Part shown: positions 21,016 through 31,368 of the stretch, in pieces
Numbering within the stretch: position 1 is the first letter of the stretch
How the letters are laid out: every line of letters begins with the position of its first letter
Assembly (NCBI GenBank): GCA_030167865.1
Contig: JALAGF010006122.1
Location: 1 to 37,152, forward strand
Origin: Craspedostauros australis
Taxonomy: Eukaryota
Direction of reading: 5' to 3'
Length of the DNA: 37,152 nt
Program-made: the position numbers and the translations under genes
The notes under the pieces: generated by a model
What the model was told of the DNA's origin: nothing
Seen by the model: only the letters and a program-made list of their open reading frames with translations
Databases searched by the model: none

Positions 21016-21401
21016 TTTGGGGGTTCGGGTTCGTTTCTGTTTGGCGTCCGTGCTGCGTCCGTGTTGTCGCCTCGCTTTCGTGGCAGTGACGAACCGTCAT
21101 TTTGGTTGGTTTGTGCTGTGTTGTTTGCATTTGCGCAGTTGCGCATTTGCGTGTTCTCGTATCCATCCGTGACAAGTGGTGCACCGCCAACCACCTCCTC
21201 GAACAACTGAAATTCCGGTGTTTGGCATCATCGCCACAACACGCCATCGAAGGATCAATGCACCAAAGGATCGAAGCACAAGGACCACTCCCCACATTCT
21301 CACAAAAGAGATTCGCCAATTGTGTGATCATCCGCAGCACCAAAGCCAGAACAGATACCAACAGACAGAGAAACGACAAAGATAATAGCCAAGCCATCAC
21401 C

Positions 21402-22247
21402 ATGTCCTGCACATCATCCCTCCGGTCCGTTCAAAGGATCGCGGCAATGCAATCCAAGCTGGCGCCATCGATGGCAACGGCTGTTTCCGCCATGAGCACC
21501 AACGTGAGCACCAACATGAATGCCAGCAGAACAATGACCAGCGGACCATGCCACGCATCTCTGCCATCTCAGTCGCAGCCACAGACCCTGGGCACCAGCT
21601 CCGCCACCTCAGATGGCAGCGTCCGCAGCTTCGCCCATCACAGTCAGCACGGTCAACACAGTCAGCACGTTGGCGCACAGCGACGCCGACAGTCCAGCTC
21701 CGCGGCACCATCCAGCAACGCTCCCCCTGGCAGCAGCGGCGCGGCCATGAGCGGAAGGTTCTACGAATCGCCATTCGCCAAGTGGTACGAATCCATCCAG
21801 CGCAACGAGACCTTCCTGGGCAACGGAGCCACCGAGTTCCGTCCACCGCCAGTCACGCACACCAGATCGGGCGTCCCGGAGCACGCCATGCGCTTCAAGA
21901 CCACCAGCTACGGCCGCCTCCTGCGCGAGCCCTTCGTCATGCCCAACGAGCACAAGGTCACGCTGCAGATCCAGGGCAAGCACCTGCCATTCACGGCGGA
22001 CGTGCAGCGCCACATATTCAAGGAGATCGTCGGCGCCCGCTACAACGATGAGACCGACGTCCTCAAGCTCTCTTCGGCGCAGTTTGGAAGCCGCATCGAG
22101 AACAAGCGTCACGTCGTCTCCATGCTCGATCGGATCGTCGATGCCACCAAGGGGCTCTCGCACAGGGTGGAAGAGGAGATGGAGCAGCACAAGGTCACCA
22201 CCGCTTCGTCCGCCGACAACTCCAACACAGAAGAGACTGCTTCTTGA
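21402..22247 (+). CDS. MRPS35: Mitochondrial small-subunit ribosomal protein mS35 (MRP-S28/Rsm24 family), ~281 aa
   Basis: EHKVTLQI..KHLPF....RHIFKEIVGARYNDETDVLKLSSAQFGSRIENKRHVVSMLDRIV is the mS35 core. The N-terminus is Ser/Thr/Ala/Arg-rich and acid-poor, like a mitochondrial presequence. First in-frame ATG is 21402. Confidence 0.85.
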   Translation: MSCTSSLRSVQRIAAMQSKLAPSMATAVSAMSTNVSTNMNASRTMTSGPCHASLPSQSQPQTLGTSSATSDGSVRSFAHHSQHGQHSQHVGAQRRRQSSSAAPSSNAPPGSSGAAMSGRFYESPFAKWYESIQRNETFLGNGATEFRPPPVTHTRSGVPEHAMRFKTTSYGRLLREPFVMPNEHKVTLQIQGKHLPFTADVQRHIFKEIVGARYNDETDVLKLSSAQFGSRIENKRHVVSMLDRIVDATKGLSHRVEEEMEQHKVTTASSADNSNTEETAS

Positions 22248-22521
22248 ATGGAGTACAGTGGAGTACAGTCTACTGTAGCGTAGTGGAGAAGAGCACACTC
22301 GACTACTCCACATATGTTGCTTGCATCGCTTGTATTCTGCCCGTTCCATAATATTACCAGCACGAGTACACGAGTACACAATTACATTACAATCCTCTGC
22401 AGAGATACATACCATTATAGCGCTAGTCTTACATACGCACAAACTCTACTTGTCTTTGGAGGAGACATCGAACACGCGATTGCATCGAAGTGATTATTTC
22501 TCAGCGTTTTCTGCACAGCAA

Positions 22522-24333
22522 TCATAGACCGTTCACGAATTTATGGATGCGCTCATGGATCCGTGCCGCCCGCAGACGCTGTTGCGGTTGCAACCATCTC
22601 CATTGCAACAGCGCCACTCCTTCCACCTCATCTCCCAATTCCGCATCTTGTTCCATTACTTCGTACTCAAAGCCTGCGTCATGTCCATGGTCCTGCCTTG
22701 TGCAATCCAACTGCGCTGTGCAGCACTTCTGCAACGCTGCGTGCACTTGTTCAACGTACTCGTTGCCATTCGCATCGGTGCCGCCCAGGACAAACAGACT
22801 CGGTGGGAACTGCATCCTGGATTGGTTCTCGTCATGCCGTCGCAACATGGACAGCGCGTCCCACGCCTGCTGCTTCTTCTGTTCGCCACCATACAAACTC
22901 ACGAAGCCATCAATCACCGGCAGCTCCTGCGCGATGCGCTCCCCAATCGCACCATGGTAATCGTGAAACAACCGCGGATACGCCTGCTGCAATACCGACG
23001 ACATGCAGAACTGATGCAGCAAGTGCGGATTCTGCGATAACAGGATCGCGGAAAGGACAACCGTATCGGCCACGGCGATGCACGTCACGTGCGTCACATC
23101 GCGCCGCGATCGCATCCATTTCAGCGTCTGGAAGAGGTCTGGGATCTGCGGGCTTTCGAGAGCGTAGACCATGCGTCGTGTGCCGCGTACCAGCGAAGAT
23201 AGAACGGGGGCGCTCAACGTGGCGGTGCACGATGTCGTGCGCACCCCGAACGGTGTGATGCCGCTGGGCACGAACAGGATGGCGGGGTTGTAGGCCAGTT
23301 TGGGTGGCATCGCGGGGGGCATGTGGTTGGCGGGTGCAGTGTCATTCTGGTTTGGGGGTTGCGCTTGCTGCGTGGATGGATCAGCTGGTGTTGGTTCCTG
23401 TCGTTGTCGTTGTTGTTGCTGCTGTTGCTGTTGCAAAGGTTGGGCAGGTGCCGGTGGAGGCACCGACACTCGTGGCAGTGGCAGTGGCAATGATGATGAC
23501 GTTGATCTCATTGACATCGTTGAGGTTGGAGTTGAGGTTGAGCGCGACGACAAGTGCTTCTCCGTCATGCCAGACCGCGAAGAAGCCCCTCTCCGCAACC
23601 GAACCGCATGTCTCCCAGATTCATCCAAACACCGATACCGAGGATCCACCCACACCCGATCCTTCATGATCATCCGGATCTGACCTTCAAATACCAACGG
23701 AATGTTCCAATGCAACACGTTGCACTGCAGCGCCTGCTCGTACTTGTGCTTGCGAAAGTAGGAATCGTCGCGTCGGCAGGGATACGTGATGGAGACGATG
23801 GGTCCGTTGCTGACCTCGTATTCGCCATGACTGATGGCCACCCTCGTGCGCAGGAAGTTGACGTGATGCCACACGGGCAATCCGTCATGGCACAGCATCA
23901 TCGTGCGGCCGTGATTGCGGTCATCGCGCTGCTGCGAACTGCGCAGCATCCACCAGCACCAGAAGGTGTCCATCGACCATCGCAGGAGGATGCGCACGAG
24001 AGCCATCCACGTCCGCCTCAGCCATGGGATGCAGCAGACCAGCAGGGCCGACAGCACCCCGTTCCTCATCACCTGCGACAGCATCTCCTCGACCTGCAGG
24101 TACATGGACCAGCCCGACCACATCGTCAGCAGCAGGATGGCGCCCCATTCCAACGCCAGCAGGCAGAAGTAGCTGTCGCGATTGTGAATGCCGCTGAGGC
24201 GCTTCAGCATGTGCCGTCGTCTTGTCTTTGCTGCTATTCCAGCAGCGTGGAAGCCGTCATCGTGGAAGCCGTCATCGTGGATCGAGAGCAGCCGGTTCTT
24301 GGAGTACGGATATTCCATGGAAGCTATTGTCAT
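22522..24333 (-). CDS. Membrane-anchored hypothetical protein (~603 aa), possibly a degenerate alpha/beta-hydrolase fold
   Basis: Long uninterrupted ORF with 2-3 hydrophobic N-terminal segments and a Gln/Pro linker. C-terminal motifs PAILFVPSG, HVTCIAVADT..LSAILL, FPPSLFVLGGTD and DHGH fall in the order seen in HSL-family esterases. First ATG is 24333. Confidence 0.7.
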   Translation of the reverse strand: MTIASMEYPYSKNRLLSIHDDGFHDDGFHAAGIAAKTRRRHMLKRLSGIHNRDSYFCLLALEWGAILLLTMWSGWSMYLQVEEMLSQVMRNGVLSALLVCCIPWLRRTWMALVRILLRWSMDTFWCWWMLRSSQQRDDRNHGRTMMLCHDGLPVWHHVNFLRTRVAISHGEYEVSNGPIVSITYPCRRDDSYFRKHKYEQALQCNVLHWNIPLVFEGQIRMIMKDRVWVDPRYRCLDESGRHAVRLRRGASSRSGMTEKHLSSRSTSTPTSTMSMRSTSSSLPLPLPRVSVPPPAPAQPLQQQQQQQQRQRQEPTPADPSTQQAQPPNQNDTAPANHMPPAMPPKLAYNPAILFVPSGITPFGVRTTSCTATLSAPVLSSLVRGTRRMVYALESPQIPDLFQTLKWMRSRRDVTHVTCIAVADTVVLSAILLSQNPHLLHQFCMSSVLQQAYPRLFHDYHGAIGERIAQELPVIDGFVSLYGGEQKKQQAWDALSMLRRHDENQSRMQFPPSLFVLGGTDANGNEYVEQVHAALQKCCTAQLDCTRQDHGHDAGFEYEVMEQDAELGDEVEGVALLQWRWLQPQQRLRAARIHERIHKFVNGL

Positions 24334-24843
24334 CGTTGTCTGCGACAACACAAACAGGAGAGTATAGTAGAGTAGAGTGGAACAATGTTGTGTCAGAGTG
24401 GTTGATTGAGTCCTCTCTTGCAAAGATTTGGTGCAGATTTATTGCCGTCAACGCAAGCAAAGCATGGTGATGGTGATGATGACGGTGATGATGATTTGGC
24501 CGAAAAACACGTTGTTCATTTCTTGTGTGTCGAAGGAGTGATCGCCAATTTCGTGTTTCATTAATTCTATTCTCGTTCGCTATAGACTTCTTTACGACAA
24601 AGAACGTGATGTAGATCAGAATACTCTAACGTGTCAACGCAGACAGAGAGGTCGAGCATACTGCCTGTCGACATGCATGGCTATTGGTAGTCGTATTGAT
24701 GCAGAGTGGAGTTGATCGCTCATTTGAATACTCTATAATTGTATAATAGTATTGCACATACTTGAACGTGGACATACCAAAGAGTGTGAACGGTTGGCTC
24801 AGCATGAACTGTGCTCGTCATACCGACAACAATCGCCAGCAGC

Positions 24844-26847
24844 TCACTGGAAGCTCTCCACAAGCTTCAGCAACCGATCCGCCTCTCGGATCAGCATGCG
24901 GCCCCCGTGGATGGAATGCCCATTGCTGGTGCCACGCACCACAGTATCCTTGACATGAGTGATATCAGGCAGCACGCTATCCTGCATCCACTGTGCGAAC
25001 GGCAGGTCCATGTCGGCAGTGGCGCCGTCGCGAGCTGCCTTGCTGTTGCTGCTGCTGACCTTGAGGCATTTGGCTTCCAGCTTCGTCATATGCCTCAAGC
25101 ATTGGCACACAAACGACATCTCCATCACCGTGGTCGGGTTGGTTCGTTCCATGACCAAAGCCGAACATTCCGCAAGTTGCTCGCAGAACGCGGATCGCTG
25201 GCGCAGCGATTGGAATGGCATCTTGGAGGCTGTCTTCGCTGTCTTTGTGGATGAGGACCGCCCTTCTTCGTGATGGTTCACCAAGGTCGCCAGGTAGGTC
25301 CCATTCGCCATGATGAGGCATTGCAGCGCGGATGTCAGCGCCCGAAGGCACGCCAGTTGCAAACGTCCTTGGTGTTTGCCACTCATGGGAGCGCCCATTG
25401 TGGGGCCTGGGTGGCGTTCGCGATTCTTGCCGGCACCGGCGGAATCCATCGATACTGACGAGGATTCCGAAACGATGGAACCGTTCAGGCTGGCACCGTC
25501 GTCACTGTCAAGAGAATTGCTGCGAGTGATGGACAGTTCGGACATTCGGGGATGCCCGGAGTTGGCAAGATCGTTGCTGGTATTGCTGTTGCGGTTGCTT
25601 GCGATGGAAACAACGACACCGTTCCTCTGCTTTGGCGTGGTGTCGACGATGTTCTTTGTTTCCGAATTCTTCGGTGTGGTGATCGTGATGATGTTAGATG
25701 GCACCGCTTGGCGGAAGAATGACAGCACCGCAAGCTGCAGCCGGTCCGTGAATTCGTCTTCGCTGTGCTGCAGCTGCTTGCTTCGTGCGTTCGTGCTCAG
25801 ACCCACCATGTTGCGCATCTTTGTGAGGCTGTTGTCGCAATCGTCCCCATCGTCGTTATTGTTGTCACCGGAAGCATGGAGACTGCTGTCGATGGTGTTG
25901 GAGCCGCCCAAGAAGAGCTGGTAGGAGAGCGAGTTGTACAGGTCGTCAAGAGCGATCGTGTGGTGTCCGCGGACGTCGCTGCGATCCTTACCTGCTTTGA
26001 ACAGATTCGCTGGGGTCGGCAGATGCCTCGCGCCCTGCTGACGGGATCGTTGGCTGTCAAGTCGGTTGGAGTTCATGAGCTCCACGTGGATCATCTGGAT
26101 GAGCTGCTTGATCCCGTGCACATTCTCTTCGTACACCTCGCTCTCGAGCAGGGCGAGCATCTTCTGGCGCCTTGTGCCATCGCTGGCAGACAGGGACGCC
26201 CCGGCCGTGGTCATCCTGGGCACGGATCGTTTCGTTGCAATGCTTGATGCGAATGGAATGCCAACGTTCATGTTGAGGCTCAGGTTGACGTTGAGAAAGC
26301 GCTGTCTTCCACCTGGCGTCATCATGCTGGCGGTGCTTGGTGTGCATGCTGGTGATGCAGCGGCAGTTCCATGTTTTGCGCGTGCATGGGGTGATGCATG
26401 TGAATGTGAATGCAAATGCAACTCAGCATTGGTATTCGGTGTGATACCGCGCGCAGTATTGCGAGAGCCACGACGGCTGGCCGAAGACGAGCCCGAGGTG
26501 GATTCTGCCGTGCCCGAGCCGATCGAACTAGATGCGGAAATGGAGGTTGCTGAGACGCTTTCAGAATCCGTGTCGCGGATATCATGCGGTTGTTGAACAT
26601 TGGAGTCCTTGGTGGTGGCGAATGGGCCAGCACCATCGTGCCCATGCTTCATTGGGATGCCTCGGCTGGTGTTGCTAATGTCATGGACGTTGGCAGCATT
26701 GAGCTTCGGAGATGACGGAAGCTGCGATGTGTTGGTGTTTCCTTGCATGGAGGTGCCATGTCCCTGCGTTTGCGGTTGCGTTTGCGGTTGCACTTGTGCT
26801 TGTCCACGGCTGTTGTTCGAGGCCTTTGGTTTGTGGAAACGGAACAT
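24844..26847 (-). CDS. Hypothetical protein (~667 aa) with a disordered Ser-rich N-terminus and a helical, ARM-like C-terminal region
   Basis: 2-kb ORF from ATG 26847. Amphipathic helical blocks (LALLESEVYEENVHGIKQLIQMI; RLQLACLRALTSALQCL; VCQCLRHM; MLIREADRLLKLV) are separated by low-complexity loops. Confidence 0.75.
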   Translation of the reverse strand: MFRFHKPKASNNSRGQAQVQPQTQPQTQGHGTSMQGNTNTSQLPSSPKLNAANVHDISNTSRGIPMKHGHDGAGPFATTKDSNVQQPHDIRDTDSESVSATSISASSSIGSGTAESTSGSSSASRRGSRNTARGITPNTNAELHLHSHSHASPHARAKHGTAAASPACTPSTASMMTPGGRQRFLNVNLSLNMNVGIPFASSIATKRSVPRMTTAGASLSASDGTRRQKMLALLESEVYEENVHGIKQLIQMIHVELMNSNRLDSQRSRQQGARHLPTPANLFKAGKDRSDVRGHHTIALDDLYNSLSYQLFLGGSNTIDSSLHASGDNNNDDGDDCDNSLTKMRNMVGLSTNARSKQLQHSEDEFTDRLQLAVLSFFRQAVPSNIITITTPKNSETKNIVDTTPKQRNGVVVSIASNRNSNTSNDLANSGHPRMSELSITRSNSLDSDDGASLNGSIVSESSSVSMDSAGAGKNRERHPGPTMGAPMSGKHQGRLQLACLRALTSALQCLIMANGTYLATLVNHHEEGRSSSTKTAKTASKMPFQSLRQRSAFCEQLAECSALVMERTNPTTVMEMSFVCQCLRHMTKLEAKCLKVSSSNSKAARDGATADMDLPFAQWMQDSVLPDITHVKDTVVRGTSNGHSIHGGRMLIREADRLLKLVESFQ

Positions 26848-28137
26848 GGTGTCGATTGTCAGCTGTGTGTGTTTTCTGCCCACTGAAGTTGCGATGATGG
26901 AATCGGTCGGTGCAGCACGAAGAGTCTGATTGAGTGTGTACTCGAGTTAAGTCGCCAACTGCGCTCAGATGAGAGGATGGGCGTTTTGATGGTTGGTGCA
27001 GGAGCGATGGTGATGAAATGAATTAATGGAGAAACGAATCGAAGAAGGAATGAATATGGCACGAAGCATGCAGCAGCGTACTCGATGAGAACGACAGTGT
27101 CGATGGCAACGAACGACGGCACCGAGGGTGCGATGATTGTTCACGATGGTGATGGCGACAAGCACTGCGTCGGGAAGGGTGCAGTGCAGATGTTGATGTC
27201 AAATGTTGATGTGAGAGAGTGAGTGAAGTGTTGGATCTTGTGCCGTCGCCGAAACCTGAATTGAATCTGGAATATAATAGTAGTATTGGTCGATGCCGAT
27301 TGTGCCTTTGTCTGTGTCAAGCAAGCCTTTCGTTGCTCCTGTCGTTGTTGGTCAAACTTGGAGACATGAACAAAACAAGGATGGTGCCACCTTGCCGAAT
27401 AGAAGTAATACTATGTTGGGATGTTGTGGCGCGTCGCCGGTCGCTATCGCAGTGTCAGGATGGTGGATTTGGTGAGGGTGCAGGGGTGCGCTGCCTTTTT
27501 TCGACGATTTTGTGGCCACTGCCAAAATTGTCCGGTGTTGGTCTTGTGCAGAACGATTTGTGTATTTGCCATCCACGACACAAGAGAAGCGACGGGCGAA
27601 GAACATTCCTCGCACAAGAACGGGCAGTTTGGCGATTCATCTCTCCAGAAAAATATTTTCTTCACGTTGTCCAATAATGGGGTTTGGGACGTTATATTTG
27701 AAAATGGGGACAGATGGCTGTTGGGAGGAACTTTGGATCAAAGGTTGCGGCAAATTTACATTTTAATTACTTTAATCGCTTGCTTATGACTTCTTCGACT
27801 TCATCGCCAACACTTCCTGCCGACCAAACATGCTGCCAACTTCGCGCCAGTTTTTCCCTCCGCCAATCGCTGAATGACTCCCTCGACCTGTTGCGCCGAG
27901 TTCGCGCCAGATTTTTGTCACGCAATTCTCCACCACAAACACACACGCACAAGCGCAGAGGCGAGGAAATCACGACGACAAATCGTGACACGACAACACC
28001 TCGTTCCGCATTCCCACCATCATGTGTGCTTTTGCGATTGTGAACGAGTTTGTTGTGCCCATAACTTCATCTGCAACTGAACTCAAGTCAACTCGACGCG
28101 ACACAGTAACAAAGCAAACAACCAAGCAGACGGCAGG

Positions 28138-31100
28138 ATGCCCACTCTCATGCAAACGACTGTGCCTGTATACGAAACCGACGATGATGGCAGCTACATT
28201 GATGGATGTCATGGCATTGATCACACCCTCTCACACAACAGCGCGCAAGATAGTGCCGATGGCCGCGGCGGCGGTGATGGAACAAGCGTGAGCAAAGGCG
28301 ATGCCATGAATCCAACGAAAGCAACGACGGAGCGTGGCGATGCCAACAGCAGCGATCGTGAGATGATCAAGAACATGAAGCCAACGCAACCACCATCCCA
28401 GATCCAAACCGCGCAAGCCACGAAGAGCAGCAACGGAAACAGCAACGACAGAAGCAGTGGCAACAGCACCATCCAATCTGCACGCGATGCTACACCCACC
28501 AAGCTGACCTTGTCCGTTGGAGGCGTCGATTTCGCGCTTGTGCCGCACACGTCCAATTGGAACACTTCAGACAACAGCAGCAGCTCCAACGCACCCAATC
28601 ATGGCGCGGTGTCTCTCTGCCAGACAGGAGCAACGAGCATGACTTTGGACTTGAACGGTTTCACTGGGAAGCTCATTGTGCACATCCCAGAAAAGGTCAT
28701 GCAGGCCATCCCGGCAACCACGACTGACACCACGGAAATGGACCGGCACAGAAGTCAAGGTTGCGACAGCAGCAGCAATGGCAATGGCAACAGCAGTGGC
28801 CACAACAGCGGAGGCAGTGGCAGCAGAAACGATGGAGCTTCCACTGACCACCGACCCAATCAGCGCCGCGTGGTGGAAGACGAACCAACCACACCAGAAC
28901 GCCTCGTCCAGTCCAAGCCATCCCCAGCGCCGAGAGCTGGTCAGCAATACAACCGGACCGATTCAACAGCGTCCTCTCCCGCGACGCAAGTGATGGATTT
29001 GAACGAGCATCCCGTTGATATGGATCATCATGATGGAAGCAATATCGACGACGGCGAGGGTAATCACCACGGCGGGATGGACAACAGAGACGAGGCTGTT
29101 GACAATGGCAAGGGTGGACTGCGTCAGCAAAAGCTCTGCTTTTCTTCGTTCGTCAAGAAGCCAACCTCATCATCGGCACTCAAGACAGGTGGCAACGCAA
29201 CCACCGGCCATGCCAAAAGCAAGAGCAAGGCAGTCCAGAAGAAAAATGAGAAGCAGAAGGTTGTTGGCACGCCAACTCGGAAGCCCAAGCACGCCACGAA
29301 GGACAAGTCGAAGACCAACAAGCGCGGCCGCGACGCCAAGACCGCGGGCACACCGAAGCGATCCAACAAGAGTTTGGACAGAGCGGGATTGACTGGCATC
29401 ACCCAGCTCAAGGTCGTGTACCACGACAACCTCCTGGACGAGCCGCAGGCATTCTACTACAAGCTGTCGGATGATCTTCCGTTCGCTTCCGCAGACATTG
29501 ACGCACCTGCGCTGCCATCGCCACAATCGCCACAATCACCACCGCTCCCACAACGCAAGCGCCATCTTGACGGCGAAACAGGTTCTGGTCAGGACGATGC
29601 GCATCTGTCTGGTGACAAACCATCCAAACAGCAACGCCGGTTCGATGCTTTTGGCAAGCCACATGAAAAGGAAGCGGCAACGGCAAAGGCAACAGAACCA
29701 ACCCCAGCCACTGACATGGATCAGGCCATGGAGGAGATCTTGCAACGTGATGATACTGTTGACACCATGGGGACGTTCGGCAACTCCACCATGTCCAGCC
29801 ACCCCAGTCTGCACAACGGTGCACACCAACAAGATGGAATGAACTCGAACGATGCCGGCTTCAACAACAGCAGCACGCAATCGTCACAGCACCAGTTCTC
29901 CATCTCATCGGTCGTCATCCAGGATGATGCTGACGACGTCTGTGCCAACGCCGGCTCTCACACGCAGATGACCATCGACGGTGAGAATGCAGCAGATGAT
30001 GCCGTGGGACGCCCAGATGATGGCATCCAATCCACTGCGCCGCCATGTCCACGATGGGGACATTCCGCAACCGCCCTGCAGGATGGACGTGTGCTGGTCC
30101 ATGGTGGCCAAGCATTCGCCAACCACGCCAACGTCGCAGACGATGATCAAGAAGACTCCGCGATCATGTCGGACGTCCACATCTTCGATCCCAAGACCAA
30201 AGCCTGGAGCGCGCCAGTTATGGCCGCCGGAGATCCGCGCAAGTTCCACACAGCGACGTACCTGCCAGAACGCAACATGCTTCTGTGCTTTGGTGGCGAG
30301 ACCTTCCAGCATGTGCAGAACGCCAAGCACAACCAGCCAGGCAAGTACTCGCTGTCCACCTCCATCGCGGCATCGTCGGAGGCATCCAAGGCACCGCTAT
30401 CTGCCTCAACGACAAAGGCAGCACAAACAGCGGCCGCAGAGTCGAAGAAAATCGTCGTGACGAACTCGCTGCGAGTGCTGGACACGGAGCTCATGCTCTG
30501 GTACCCGCCGGCGACGTCCGGGGTGACACCAGGCGGACGCGCTGGACACTCCGCCACCTTGCTCCCCCACACGAATCAGCTGGTGGTGTTTGCCGGTTCC
30601 AACGGCGCCTGCAAGTGGTACAACACCGTCTCCGTCCTCGACACTCACAAATGGGTCTGGAAGAGGGTCAACGCAAAGGGCATCTTGCCGGAGGCTCGCT
30701 CCTACCATTCCGCCACTGCCGTGCTGAGCAATCCTGGCGCCATGCCGAACGCAAAGAAGCATTACAAGATCGTCATCTTTGGCGGTAACAACGAAACCAA
30801 GAGCTTCAACACGGTGCATGTGCTGGAACCACCACCGACGGGTGGCACCAGCAAGGCCTGGAGATGGTCGCACCCACAGGTGAGGGGCAAGGCGCCGTTC
30901 CCACGCACAGATCACTCCGCCACGCTGTTGGAAGATGGCAAGACCATCTGCATCTACGGTGGATGGGATCCAAATGCCCACGATGACGACAACGACGATG
31001 ACAGCCGAGGCAGCGGCGGCAGCAACAACAACAACAACAGCAGAAGAAGCGCTTTGCAAGTCAAGAGCAACATCTTCAAGGCGAGCTATCTTCTAGACAC

Positions 31101-31368
31101 GACCACGTGGACATGGAGCATCGGACCGAAGCCAAAGCATATGCCATATCACAGAACTGCCTTGAACCCTGCAATCAGCTCGAACGATGCAGCATCAGGA
31201 AAGCAGCAACCAGGACAATGTGGTGGTCGTGTCTTGGACTGTGGCGCGAAGCGTTGCGGACATGCCACCGTTTGGGATGCTGGCAAGTCGGAAATCATCG
31301 CCTTCGGTGGGCAGACACCGGGTGATCGGTTGGCCAATGACATGCAAGTGCTGTCATTCGCAAAGTGA
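28138..31368 (+). CDS. Kelch-repeat (six-bladed beta-propeller) protein with a long disordered N-terminus, 1076 aa
   Basis: Six Kelch motifs from ~30040: PCPRWGHSAT..VLVHGG, PRKFHTAT..LCFGG, GRAGHSAT..VVFAG, ARSYHSAT..VIFGG, PRTDHSAT..CIYGG and KRCGHATV..IAFGG. Basic NLS-like stretch at ~29210-29370. Confidence 0.92.
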   Translation: MPTLMQTTVPVYETDDDGSYIDGCHGIDHTLSHNSAQDSADGRGGGDGTSVSKGDAMNPTKATTERGDANSSDREMIKNMKPTQPPSQIQTAQATKSSNGNSNDRSSGNSTIQSARDATPTKLTLSVGGVDFALVPHTSNWNTSDNSSSSNAPNHGAVSLCQTGATSMTLDLNGFTGKLIVHIPEKVMQAIPATTTDTTEMDRHRSQGCDSSSNGNGNSSGHNSGGSGSRNDGASTDHRPNQRRVVEDEPTTPERLVQSKPSPAPRAGQQYNRTDSTASSPATQVMDLNEHPVDMDHHDGSNIDDGEGNHHGGMDNRDEAVDNGKGGLRQQKLCFSSFVKKPTSSSALKTGGNATTGHAKSKSKAVQKKNEKQKVVGTPTRKPKHATKDKSKTNKRGRDAKTAGTPKRSNKSLDRAGLTGITQLKVVYHDNLLDEPQAFYYKLSDDLPFASADIDAPALPSPQSPQSPPLPQRKRHLDGETGSGQDDAHLSGDKPSKQQRRFDAFGKPHEKEAATAKATEPTPATDMDQAMEEILQRDDTVDTMGTFGNSTMSSHPSLHNGAHQQDGMNSNDAGFNNSSTQSSQHQFSISSVVIQDDADDVCANAGSHTQMTIDGENAADDAVGRPDDGIQSTAPPCPRWGHSATALQDGRVLVHGGQAFANHANVADDDQEDSAIMSDVHIFDPKTKAWSAPVMAAGDPRKFHTATYLPERNMLLCFGGETFQHVQNAKHNQPGKYSLSTSIAASSEASKAPLSASTTKAAQTAAAESKKIVVTNSLRVLDTELMLWYPPATSGVTPGGRAGHSATLLPHTNQLVVFAGSNGACKWYNTVSVLDTHKWVWKRVNAKGILPEARSYHSATAVLSNPGAMPNAKKHYKIVIFGGNNETKSFNTVHVLEPPPTGGTSKAWRWSHPQVRGKAPFPRTDHSATLLEDGKTICIYGGWDPNAHDDDNDDDSRGSGGSNNNNNSRRSALQVKSNIFKASYLLDTTTWTWSIGPKPKHMPYHRTALNPAISSNDAASGKQQPGQCGGRVLDCGAKRCGHATVWDAGKSEIIAFGGQTPGDRLANDMQVLSFAK

